DNA of 53,615 nt from a virus. The notes beneath the pieces were generated by a model. It was not told the origin of the DNA. It ran no database searches and saw only the letters and a program-made list of their open reading frames with translations. Below are positions 17,853 through 25,779 of the stretch, piece by piece. Positions within the stretch are counted from its first letter, which is position 1, and every line of letters begins with the position of its first letter. The translations under genes were made by a program, and so were the position numbers. The stretch is taken from positions 1 through 53,615 of the IMG/VR virus record IMGVR_UViG_3300045988_126023; one strand, 5' to 3'.

Positions 17853-18854
17853 ATGAACTTCAACAACATTTTCCCAGAATGGAAAAACAGCGGTACTGAG
17901 CCGAGCGCAGAACTCAAAACCAGCGGATTTAAGGCGGGATATAAACCCCCCGCAGCTATTTTTAACTGGTTTTGGTCTAAGGTGTGTAAGGCAATCACAG
18001 AAATTCAAACAAACCTGTCAAATGTAGACAACACAAGCGACCTTGACAAGCCCGTTTCAACGGCGACTACTTCGGCTATCTCAACCGCAGTCACAAACCT
18101 TAAAAACACATTCGTAACTGAAAAGGGAGGATTTCAAGGCGGTGTTGGAGCAACTGCTACAAACGGTGCGGCTATAGGGAACGGTGCAAGCTCTGGCGCT
18201 ACTGGCGGTGCTGTTGGTATGAAAGCAAAAGCAGGGACTGGTGGTTTCGCAGGAGGCTATAATGCAAGTGCTTCTACTGGCGGTACTATAGGTAAAGATT
18301 CCAATACCACAACTGGTGGTGCTGCTGGGCAGGGCGCTGTATCAAGTGCAGGCTTTGCAGGAGGCAACAAAGCCGTATGCGGAACAACCTCAGCTCCGAT
18401 TGACGCTATACAGCTCGGCACTGGCACAAATACAACGGCCAAATCGTTACAAGTGTACGATAAGCAGCTAATGGACGCAGACGGCAAAATACCGTGGGAA
18501 AGAATGACAAACCTTGTTATTGCTGGCTCTTATACTGGTACTGGCTATACTTCTCAAGGAACATACCAAAACAGAACATTTGTAAATTTGGGTTATGAGC
18601 CTAAATATGTAATGATTCGAGCAAACAGGGCTTCAAACGGCTATGTTTGGCACATTATTAAAGGCGCTGATTATGCAAGCGGTAATATAGCAAGCTCTAC
18701 AGCCGTTAATTCAGGTGTAGTCTGGGTCGATTCTGACGAATCATACCCAGTAGCCGCAAGTAAGTCTGTAGCAGGATTTTTCCTTAACGGAACAAGCGCT
18801 TCCGCAACAGCTAACGAAAGCGGCGTCGAATATTGTTATGTGATATTCAGATAG
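17853..18854 (+). CDS. tail fibre protein (Gly/Ala/Thr-rich)
   Basis: N-terminus FPEWKNSGTEPSAELKTSGFKAGYKPPAAIFNWFWSKV is typical of fibre attachment domains. Gly-rich repeats in the middle. Confidence 0.55.
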   Translation: MNFNNIFPEWKNSGTEPSAELKTSGFKAGYKPPAAIFNWFWSKVCKAITEIQTNLSNVDNTSDLDKPVSTATTSAISTAVTNLKNTFVTEKGGFQGGVGATATNGAAIGNGASSGATGGAVGMKAKAGTGGFAGGYNASASTGGTIGKDSNTTTGGAAGQGAVSSAGFAGGNKAVCGTTSAPIDAIQLGTGTNTTAKSLQVYDKQLMDADGKIPWERMTNLVIAGSYTGTGYTSQGTYQNRTFVNLGYEPKYVMIRANRASNGYVWHIIKGADYASGNIASSTAVNSGVVWVDSDESYPVAASKSVAGFFLNGTSASATANESGVEYCYVIFR

Positions 18855-18864
18855 GAGTAAGATT

Positions 18865-20619
18865 ATGGATAAATTATCAGTTGCACGACTTTTGGCTGAC
18901 GGCGAACTTCCCCCCACCCTATATTCTACTTATGAGATATATAGAAAGGACGATTTTGACAGGCGGCTCGAAGATGATTTAACTGCCGTTGAAAACGGTG
19001 TAACAGCATTGCAGAGCGGGAAAGCCGATGTAAACCATTCTCACGATACAGCCACAGCAGAAGCAAGCGGCTTTATGAGTAATGGAGACAAGAGCAAGCT
19101 TGACGGAATTGAGGCAGGCGCAAACAATTATTCTCACCCCGCCACACACCCCGCAAGCATGATAACGGGACTGCCGACAGAACTACCCGCCAACGGCGGA
19201 AATGCTGATACCGTTGACGGGAAACACGCTGCCGATTTTGCGACTGCAAATCATACACATACACAGTATGCAGCGACAGAGCACAATCACGACGGCAATT
19301 ATGCGCCTATATCACATACGCACACACAGAGCGACGTGACGGGGCTTTCCTCGGCTTTATCAGGAAAAGCAAATACAAACCATACCCACAGCAATTATGC
19401 CCTTGCAAGCGATTTAAACGGGCTTTCTGAGGAAGTCAGCGGAAAGGCTGCTGCAAGTCATACCCATACACTTGATAATATTTCAGAAACAGCAACCAAA
19501 AAGGTTATGACGGCAGATGAAAGAACAAAACTGAACGGAATCGCAACAGGAGCGAACCAATACACTCACCCGACTTCACACCCCGCAACAATGATTACGG
19601 GGCTTGCAGATGTAGCCATGTCGGGCAGTTATAATGATTTATCGGATAAGCCTACAAGCATGACACCAAAGGCACATACACACGCTCAAAGTGATATTAC
19701 GGGACTTGAAACAGCGTTAAGTGGTAAATCCGACACAGGGCACACTCATAGTGCCGCTTCAACTACTGCAAACGGCTTTATGAGCAAAGAGGACAAAACA
19801 AAACTTAACGGCATTGCAACGGGTGCGAACAAAACTTCCGTTGACACGGCGTTAAGTGCGTCAAGCACTAACCCCGTACAAAATAAGGTTATCAATACAG
19901 CCCTTGCGGGCAAAGCAAGTACAAGTCACAATCACAATTCCGCTTATATAGCTAAATCGTTGCAAATGACTGCGGACGACGGCGACGTTTATGTTAGTTG
20001 GTCAAATCAAGATGTTGTCGCAAAGATAAAAGCATTGCCCACAGGAATGTATACGGCTTATGCAAAGTCGGGAACAACAAACAACCCGAAAACTGTAGAA
20101 TCGTGGCGTTTTATGGTGCATAAAACAGGCGTTAATTTTGGTTGGACAATGGCTTTCGGCTCGTTCGGTAGTGTTTATACGGGATATGTAGATAGCGGCA
20201 ATTGGCAAGGTTGGAAATGTATTTACGATGATAGTCCTGCACCGCTTTGGACGGGTAAAATGTATATGTCAAGTCCTAACAGCACTCCGCAGACAGTTAC
20301 GCCGTCTAAAAAACTGTCGGAATGCCGAAATGGTTGGTTGCTGTTATGGTGCGATTATGACAAAGATACATCAACGGCTAATGATAGCGACTTTGTAACA
20401 ACAATGATACCAAAGAAAAATCCGACAGGTGGCAATTGGGGCGGTAAAGCGTTCTATTGCGATATTCCGAGGTATATAGGAAGCGACGTAAACGACGTTG
20501 ACACCGAACGCCGTATTATCAAGAGTATTTATATTCACGATAATTGTATCAAGGGAAGTTTTAACAACGATAAGGACGAGCGAAATGATGTAGTTTTGCG
20601 TGCGGTTTTTGAGTGGTAA
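18865..20619 (+). CDS. tail fibre / receptor-binding protein with HxH and DKxKL repeats
   Basis: Three copies of GFMSxxDK(S/T)KL(D/N)GI(E/A)(A/T)GAN..(H/T)P..HPA(S/T)MITGL and several (H/N)(T/H)H..SD(V/I)TGL..ALSGK repeats. Confidence 0.65.
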   Translation: MDKLSVARLLADGELPPTLYSTYEIYRKDDFDRRLEDDLTAVENGVTALQSGKADVNHSHDTATAEASGFMSNGDKSKLDGIEAGANNYSHPATHPASMITGLPTELPANGGNADTVDGKHAADFATANHTHTQYAATEHNHDGNYAPISHTHTQSDVTGLSSALSGKANTNHTHSNYALASDLNGLSEEVSGKAAASHTHTLDNISETATKKVMTADERTKLNGIATGANQYTHPTSHPATMITGLADVAMSGSYNDLSDKPTSMTPKAHTHAQSDITGLETALSGKSDTGHTHSAASTTANGFMSKEDKTKLNGIATGANKTSVDTALSASSTNPVQNKVINTALAGKASTSHNHNSAYIAKSLQMTADDGDVYVSWSNQDVVAKIKALPTGMYTAYAKSGTTNNPKTVESWRFMVHKTGVNFGWTMAFGSFGSVYTGYVDSGNWQGWKCIYDDSPAPLWTGKMYMSSPNSTPQTVTPSKKLSECRNGWLLLWCDYDKDTSTANDSDFVTTMIPKKNPTGGNWGGKAFYCDIPRYIGSDVNDVDTERRIIKSIYIHDNCIKGSFNNDKDERNDVVLRAVFEW

Positions 20620-20632
20620 GGAGGGCGACAAT

Positions 20633-20941
20633 GTGACAAATGAAACGATTGCGGTAAGACTTGAAAATCACGAACAGGAAATAAAAAGCCTTAAACACCG
20701 CATGACCGAACAAGAAGAAAAAACCGAATCACTCACAGAATTAACGACATCAGTTAAAACACTTGCCGTCAACATGGAATACATGGCAAAGGAACAAGAA
20801 AAACAAGGCGAACGCCTTGAAAAGCTTGAGCATGAACCGACCGACGATTTCAAGTATTATAAGCGCCTTATTATAGGTTGTATATTAACAGGCGTTGTAA
20901 GTCTTGTGTTGGGCGCTGTTCTTGCAAAGGTTATAATATAA
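20633..20941 (+). CDS. XhlA-like lysis-associated membrane protein
   Basis: Coiled N-terminus plus a C-terminal TM helix (LIIGCILTGVVSLVLGAVLAKVII). GTG 20633 sits 7 nt after AAGGAGGG. The track start at 20600 lies inside the fibre gene. Confidence 0.55.
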   Translation: MTNETIAVRLENHEQEIKSLKHRMTEQEEKTESLTELTTSVKTLAVNMEYMAKEQEKQGERLEKLEHEPTDDFKYYKRLIIGCILTGVVSLVLGAVLAKVII

Positions 20942-20961
20942 AATTTTAGGAGGGCTTTATT

Positions 20962-21258
20962 ATGGAAAACGTTTTCGGAATTGCGACAATCCCCAGCATT
21001 GTAATTATTTGTTATCTTGTTGCACAGGCGGTCAAGGTTACACCCCTCGACAATAAGTATCTCCCGATTATCAGCGGATTTGTCGGCGGTATTCTCGGAG
21101 TGGTTGCAATGCGTATTGTGCCTGACTTCCCCGCTACTGATTATCTTATGTCAATTGCAATAGGTATTGTATCGGGATTGTCTGCAACAGGTATCAACCA
21201 GATTTACAAGCAGCTAAGCAAAAACGACGATAACGGAGGCGGAGACATTGCTGACTAA
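20962..21258 (+). CDS. holin (LL-H / phage_holin_4-like)
   Basis: 98 aa with three hydrophobic segments and a charged C-terminus. Lies between the XhlA-like and hydrolase genes. Confidence 0.6.
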   Translation: MENVFGIATIPSIVIICYLVAQAVKVTPLDNKYLPIISGFVGGILGVVAMRIVPDFPATDYLMSIAIGIVSGLSATGINQIYKQLSKNDDNGGGDIAD

Positions 21259-21847
21259 TATCAAGTTTGCTGAAAAATGTGTTGATATTGCGGAACGATT
21301 CAACACATTTTATGTTGCTGATTGCTGCGGCGCACCTCTCAATGGGGATAACGTTGAAAGATATTGCATAAATTCCGTTTTTAATAAGCAGCGTGAAAGA
21401 ACAAGCCTTATTAAAGGAATCGCAAATAAAGACTATTTCGGTTTTGATAGTGCAGGAGTTATAAAGGCCGTCTTGTGGGGCTGGAATGGCGACATTTCAA
21501 AGCCTTACGGGGGCGCAAAGCTGAAAAGTAATGAAGTGCCAAACCTTGACGCTGACGGTCTTATACAAGAGTGTACAGATGTTTCTGCCGACTTTGCAAA
21601 AATTGAAATCGGGGAAATTGTCTGGAAATCGGGTCATATTGGCGTATATATCGGAAACGGCCTGACGGTTGAATGTGTACCCCGTTGGACGAACGATGTA
21701 CAAATTACCGCCGCAGGCAACATAAAGCGCAAATCTGGCTATAATACCAGCGTATGGGCAAAACACGGGAAACTGCCCTATGTATCATACGAAGCGCCTA
21801 AAAAGAAAGCAACCAGCAAAAAGACAGAAGAAAAAGAAAACGACTAA
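21248..21847 (+). CDS. putative cell-wall hydrolase (NlpC/P60-like fold?) in the lysis cassette
   Basis: 199 aa with a TTG start after GGAGGCGGAG. YFGFDSAGVIKAVLWGW and SGHIGVYIGNGLTVEC resemble the NlpC/P60 Cys and His motifs, but with DSAG instead of DCSG. Confidence 0.4.
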   Translation: MLTNIKFAEKCVDIAERFNTFYVADCCGAPLNGDNVERYCINSVFNKQRERTSLIKGIANKDYFGFDSAGVIKAVLWGWNGDISKPYGGAKLKSNEVPNLDADGLIQECTDVSADFAKIEIGEIVWKSGHIGVYIGNGLTVECVPRWTNDVQITAAGNIKRKSGYNTSVWAKHGKLPYVSYEAPKKKATSKKTEEKEND

Positions 21848-21887
21848 GAAAAAGAGGGTAAGCATAATGCTTACCCTCTTTTTTTAT
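21848..21887. terminator. bidirectional terminator between the lysis cassette and convergent minus-strand genes
   Basis: aagagggtaagcat/atgcttaccctctt is a near-perfect palindrome flanked by A-run and T-run. Confidence 0.8.
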
Positions 21888-22144
21888 TGCTCATTTTCTT
21901 CTAATTCGGACAAATGCCATTTCAAGTCAAATTTCATTTTAGCGAGTGTTTCAATCTCGGTTCTTTTCTTTCTGATAATCTCTTTGACTTCATGTTCTGA
22001 TTTTGGAATATTTGGCGCTTTGCCTTGCTCGAATTGTAAAAGATATTGCACACCCTTATTTACATATTTTTCTAATCGGTCAATTTCAGCGTCGATACCT
22101 TTAACAGCCCAACTAATAAGCTCTTGTTGTCTCATTTTTACCAC
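21884..22144 (-). CDS. hypothetical helical protein (minus-strand moron, gene 2)
   Basis: 86 aa. Start overlaps the stop of the upstream gene. Same orientation as the integrase and repressor. Confidence 0.55.
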   Translation of the reverse strand: MVKMRQQELISWAVKGIDAEIDRLEKYVNKGVQYLLQFEQGKAPNIPKSEHEVKEIIRKKRTEIETLAKMKFDLKWHLSELEENEQ

Positions 22145-22308
22145 CCTTTTTTATTTTGCCATTGCTCAAACTCTTTGTAAACCCGTTCATTATAATAGAC
22201 ATCTGATAAAAAGTATTCGGGGTGTGCCTCTAAAAACTTTTCAATCTGTTCAAATTTGGCTTTGCCGAGAGACTTTCTAATTTTTTCATATTCTTGTAAA
22301 GTGCTCAT
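22138..22308 (-). CDS. hypothetical small protein (minus-strand moron, gene 1)
   Basis: 56 aa starting from the internal ATG MSTLQEYEK..., preceded by AAGGGGG. The longer 98-aa track ORF lacks an SD. Confidence 0.5.
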   Translation of the reverse strand: MSTLQEYEKIRKSLGKAKFEQIEKFLEAHPEYFLSDVYYNERVYKEFEQWQNKKGW

Positions 22309-22378
22309 TTTCGTTGCCCCCTTTTCATTATTATTATACCACTCTTGTGTTACTTTTAAACAAAAAAGAAGCATAAAA

Positions 22379-22424
22379 TTTGTGCATTTTGCCAACTTGA
22401 TTTTTAACACAAAAGTGTTATAAT
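22379..22424 (+). promoter_or_regulatory. promoter cassette Pe1 (TTTGT-N4-TTTGC box, -35, extended -10)
   Basis: TTTGTgcatTTTGCcaacTTGATT-16-(gtgt)TATAAT. The conserved leader aaaggtacaaagtaaagaaagagg runs to the ATG at 22458. Confidence 0.65.
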
Positions 22425-22457
22425 AAAGGTACAAAGTAAAGAAAGAGGTACAAAAAA

Positions 22458-22766
22458 ATGAAATTGGTTACAAAAGAAATTGAGCGCAAATTCAACAGCA
22501 ACCCTATATATAGTAAAGACGGTCAAGGCGAAAACGCTGAAATTATTGTCAAGTTTTTCAACCCTTGCGGTGCGGCCACTTGGTTAATCACAGAGGCAGA
22601 AAAACAAGACGACGGCGACTACTTATTATATGGCTACATTACTTTGGGCTATGAATATGAATGGGGCTATGTATTATTATCACAACTTGCAAGTATTAGA
22701 AACGGTTACGGTTTAGGCATTGAGCGTGATTTATACGCACACGGCACAGTTAAGGCGAATATGTAA
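22458..22766 (+). CDS. DUF2958-family protein
   Basis: VKFFNPCGAATWLITEAEKQDDGDYLLYGYITLGYEYEWGYVLLSQLASI...GIERDLY matches the remembered DUF2958 pattern (F.P.g..tW...E....d..fG...lG..E.GY.sl.EL...veRD). Confidence 0.65.
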   Translation: MKLVTKEIERKFNSNPIYSKDGQGENAEIIVKFFNPCGAATWLITEAEKQDDGDYLLYGYITLGYEYEWGYVLLSQLASIRNGYGLGIERDLYAHGTVKANM

Positions 22767-22767
22767 A

Positions 22768-22808
22768 AGGGGCTTTACAGCCCCTACAATGCGCCGTATT
22801 GAAACATT
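22768..22808 (+). repeat. conserved intergenic element IE-a (hairpin - TGCGCC - N5 - GAAACATT)
   Basis: aggggct-ttac-agcccct, tgcgcc at 22790, gaaacatt at 22801, then the GAAAGGTG SD and the ATG at 22828. Confidence 0.7.
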
Positions 22809-22827
22809 ATAGAAAGGTGTGGTTAAT

Positions 22828-23067
22828 ATGTTAGTCAGAGACAAAGACAGCGCAGAGGGCTATATACACATTTGTAACGATTATAAAAGATATATCAAAT
22901 CGGCATTGAAAGAGCGTTTACCGATTTATGTACATGATGTGAAAGCTTACACCTTGATTGAAACAAAAAACGGTCACGAACTTAAAGACATTAAATTTTG
23001 CCCTTATTGCGGGGCTGAAATAGAGAAAGAAGAAAGAAAAGAGGTTTTTAATAATGAGATACTATGA
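22828..23067 (+). CDS. hypothetical protein with a C-terminal zinc-ribbon motif
   Basis: The ATG at 22828 is 9 nt after AAAGGTG. FCPYCGAEIEK motif. Confidence 0.55.
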   Translation: MLVRDKDSAEGYIHICNDYKRYIKSALKERLPIYVHDVKAYTLIETKNGHELKDIKFCPYCGAEIEKEERKEVFNNEIL

Positions 23068-23959
23068 AATCAATGAAACGGCAGCAAGACAGGCTAAAGA
23101 AATGTGGTCTTTTAGCGACTATGTAAACGGGTCAACAACAGCGGCATACAGGGCAAAGGTTGACGAGTGCTACAGCCTTGTTGACAAGCTCCCAGACGAC
23201 CTAAAAGAAAAAGGCGAAGTAATAGCCGACAGATACGCCCGCCGCCTTGCAGAGTGGTATAACAAGCAATTCAGAATTGAAATGATGTGCCCCTCAGTAA
23301 TGATATGCGGTGCAAGCAATTTCCCAGTGAAAAAGAAAGAAAAGCAGAACGCAGCGCAAGACAGACACTATCAGTTATATAACGAGATTCAGCAAATGCC
23401 CGAGAGAATCAACAAACTTTTGAGAGGTTCACACATAATCAAAGCGGGCGACGCTGACGCTTTAGAGCAGCTACAAAAGAAATTAGAAAAGGCCGAAGCA
23501 CTACAGGCCGAAATGAAAGCGGCAAACGCCTATTTCAGAAAGCACAAAACGCTGAAAGGGTATAAAGACTATACCGACGAAAAAGCGGCAGAGCTTGACG
23601 AGGCTATTAAAGATAGTATGTATGGCGTACCGTTTGCGCCTTACGCCTTGACGAACAACAACGCCAAAATCAGAAATACAAAGGCGAGAATTGCACAGCT
23701 CGAACGGGTCAAAAAAGAGGCAGAAACGGCCGCAGAACAACCGAAAGACGAATACAAGACAGATATGTTTAAGGTGGTCGAAAATGCCGAAATAATGCGC
23801 CTACAGCTCATTTTTGAGGGCAAGCCTGACGCAGATGTTAGAACAGTATTGAAGAAAAACGGCTTTAAGTGGTCGCCGTCAAACATGGCATGGCAGCGGC
23901 AACTGACAGCAAATGCCAAATACGCTTTGAAAAGAGTGATTGAAGAATTAGGGGCATAA
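23054..23959 (+). CDS. DUF3560-like protein
   Basis: 301 aa. The C-terminus LIFEGKPDADVRTVLKKNGFKWSPSNMAWQRQL matches the DUF3560 end motif (KP....R..LK..GF+W.....W). Confidence 0.45.
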   Translation: MRYYEINETAARQAKEMWSFSDYVNGSTTAAYRAKVDECYSLVDKLPDDLKEKGEVIADRYARRLAEWYNKQFRIEMMCPSVMICGASNFPVKKKEKQNAAQDRHYQLYNEIQQMPERINKLLRGSHIIKAGDADALEQLQKKLEKAEALQAEMKAANAYFRKHKTLKGYKDYTDEKAAELDEAIKDSMYGVPFAPYALTNNNAKIRNTKARIAQLERVKKEAETAAEQPKDEYKTDMFKVVENAEIMRLQLIFEGKPDADVRTVLKKNGFKWSPSNMAWQRQLTANAKYALKRVIEELGA

Positions 23960-24018
23960 CGCCCCTTTTTCTTAATGTATCGCCAGTGCGTCAATATACA
24001 CAAAAATATCGCCGTATA

Positions 24019-24065
24019 TTTGTACACTTTGCCATATTGACATTATATCGCATATGTTGTACAAT
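24019..24065 (+). promoter_or_regulatory. promoter cassette Pe2
   Basis: TTTGTacacTTTGCcataTTGACA-17-TACAAT, followed by the leader aaagacacagtaaagagag. Confidence 0.65.
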
Positions 24066-24114
24066 AAAGACACAGTAAAGAGAGTGACAAGCTCAAAGAA
24101 AGAGGTACAGAACA

Positions 24115-24333
24115 ATGAAAGAATTAAAAACAATAACAGAGTGTCAGCTTTTATACTTTGCTTATTACTCATTGCTTGAAAGAATATCTCACGAAGAAGA
24201 AATAAACGAGAGAACAAAAAAAGAGTGTGGTAGAGATAATTGTATTTGTCAAAGCCGATTAAAGATGTATAACGAGCAGTTAGAAGAAGTAAGAGAAAGA
24301 ATACTTGAAATAGAAAACAACAACGCAGAGTGA
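24115..24333 (+). CDS. hypothetical protein
   Basis: 72 aa with an AAGAAAGAGG SD. Confidence 0.55.
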   Translation: MKELKTITECQLLYFAYYSLLERISHEEEINERTKKECGRDNCICQSRLKMYNEQLEEVRERILEIENNNAE

Positions 24334-24402
24334 CCGCCGAAAGGCGGGTAATGCGGCGGCAGCGGTCACAAGCCCGCAGTAAAAAAGAAAGGTGAAGAAA
24401 AA

Positions 24403-24678
24403 ATGAAACTTATACCTACATTTTGCGACGGTAACTTTCACGGCTTTGAGACGCTAAAAGAAATCAGCAGATTAAAAAGCGAAGCGCACGAGCTGGCAAT
24501 GTGTAAGCAAGAAACCGATAAAGCAGACCACATGATATACGGCTATTTTGATTATGACAATAACGGCAATATTGTAACCGCACGACTTTACAGCGGCATT
24601 GCCAAAACAGAAAAAGAATTTGAAAAAATAGCGCTTATTGAAAAAGCGCACATTTACGCAATTCACAATCACAAATAA
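24403..24678 (+). CDS. hypothetical protein
   Basis: 91 aa with a GAAAGGTG SD. Confidence 0.55.
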   Translation: MKLIPTFCDGNFHGFETLKEISRLKSEAHELAMCKQETDKADHMIYGYFDYDNNGNIVTARLYSGIAKTEKEFEKIALIEKAHIYAIHNHK

Positions 24679-24791
24679 AACGCAGAGCAAGGCGGCACAG
24701 ACGCCTTAATGCGGGCTACCATTTTGCTGACATCGGCAAAATGGTAGGCGGTTGCAACCCCGCAAAAATTAAATATTGAAAGGCTGATTTA

Positions 24792-25223
24792 ATGAAAGCA
24801 GTATCAGTGAGAAACCCTTATGCACATTTCATTATGTGCGGCGAAAAGACAGTAGAATGTAGAAGCTGGCAAACCGACTACAGGGGTGATATTCTTATTT
24901 GTAGCAGTGCAAACCCCAAAATCAAAAACACGATTTGCGGGTATGCCTTATGCGTGGCGAAGCTTGACAGCATAGAGCCGTTTAAGAAAGAGCACTTAGA
25001 GGCCGCTTGTTTAGATGAAATTCCCGACGGTAAACAATATGCTTGGCACTTGAAAGACGCAAGAATAATAAAGCCGTTTCCCGTCAAAGGCAGGCTACAT
25101 TTGTTTGATGTTGATGATAGCCTGATAGAGGTTATTGATAACGAATCTTTGACAGATGAAGAAGCTCAGAAACTATGCGAAAAGTACATTGAGCCGCTCT
25201 TATACAAAGGTTCACAAAGATAA
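24792..25223 (+). CDS. ASCH (PUA-like) domain protein
   Basis: The N-terminus MKAVSVRNPYAHFIMCGEKTVECRSW..GDILICSS is typical of ASCH domains. Confidence 0.55.
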   Translation: MKAVSVRNPYAHFIMCGEKTVECRSWQTDYRGDILICSSANPKIKNTICGYALCVAKLDSIEPFKKEHLEAACLDEIPDGKQYAWHLKDARIIKPFPVKGRLHLFDVDDSLIEVIDNESLTDEEAQKLCEKYIEPLLYKGSQR

Positions 25224-25291
25224 AGATTGCAGACAATTACACCCCAAAAGGGGTGTAATTGTTGAAACAAATAAGAGAGGTGATAAAACAA

Positions 25292-25582
25292 ATGGGAGAA
25301 AGAGGGCTTTCACCAGAGCAGGCGAGAAAAATACGGGAGGCAAAAGGCATTGAGGAAACAAAGCTCCAAAAGCTGAGAGTAAAAAAGGGGCTATCTCAAG
25401 GCGAACTTGCGGCAGTATCGAATGTAAAAAAACGTTCCATACAATGTTATGAACAGGAAACAAGGTCAATTGACAACGCTCGTCTTGAGACGCTTTGCGA
25501 TTTGAGTATTGCGCTTGATTGTAAGATTGAGGACTTGTTAGAAAGCAAAGAACTTATTACAAAGTTGCGAATGACAAAATAA
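25292..25582 (+). CDS. XRE-family helix-turn-helix protein
   Basis: LRVKKGLSQGELAAVSNVKKRSIQCYEQETRSIDNARLETLCDLSIALDCKIEDLL. The ATG at 25292 follows AGAGGTGA. The TTG at 25259 in the track lacks an SD. Confidence 0.65.
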   Translation: MGERGLSPEQARKIREAKGIEETKLQKLRVKKGLSQGELAAVSNVKKRSIQCYEQETRSIDNARLETLCDLSIALDCKIEDLLESKELITKLRMTK

Positions 25583-25645
25583 GCTGTAAATACGGCTTGT
25601 TTTGTAGGTTAAGTTATCAGAATATTCAGAAAAGGAATGTAAACA

Positions 25646-25777
25646 ATGCTTGACAGCGACATTTTATTTTCAAACACTATAAAACTGTTATGCTTTGTAG
25701 CTTTGGCAATTATCTTTCAACGGTGGTGGATTGTATTTTTTGTAATACTGTTTTGGACGTATAAGGAGAACGATTAA
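25646..25777 (+). CDS. small membrane peptide (43 aa), below the ORF-track size cut-off
   Basis: MLDSDILFSNTIKLLCFVALAIIFQRWWIVFFVILFWTYKEND. Fills an otherwise empty gap. The SD is weak. Confidence 0.35.
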   Translation: MLDSDILFSNTIKLLCFVALAIIFQRWWIVFFVILFWTYKEND

Positions 25778-25779
25778 AA

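Noticed and set aside
21780-22280. 166-aa plus-strand ORF running from the end of the hydrolase gene across the terminator.
   Set aside because: It spans the strong bidirectional terminator (21848-21887). It is antisense to two SD-bearing minus-strand genes and has a Ser/Phe/Leu-rich composition.
24710-24764. The Y-shaped GC-rich fold as a second tRNA or tRNA-like gene.
   Set aside because: There is no acceptor/T-arm geometry, no conserved U8, GG or TTC positions, and it is only ~55 nt long.
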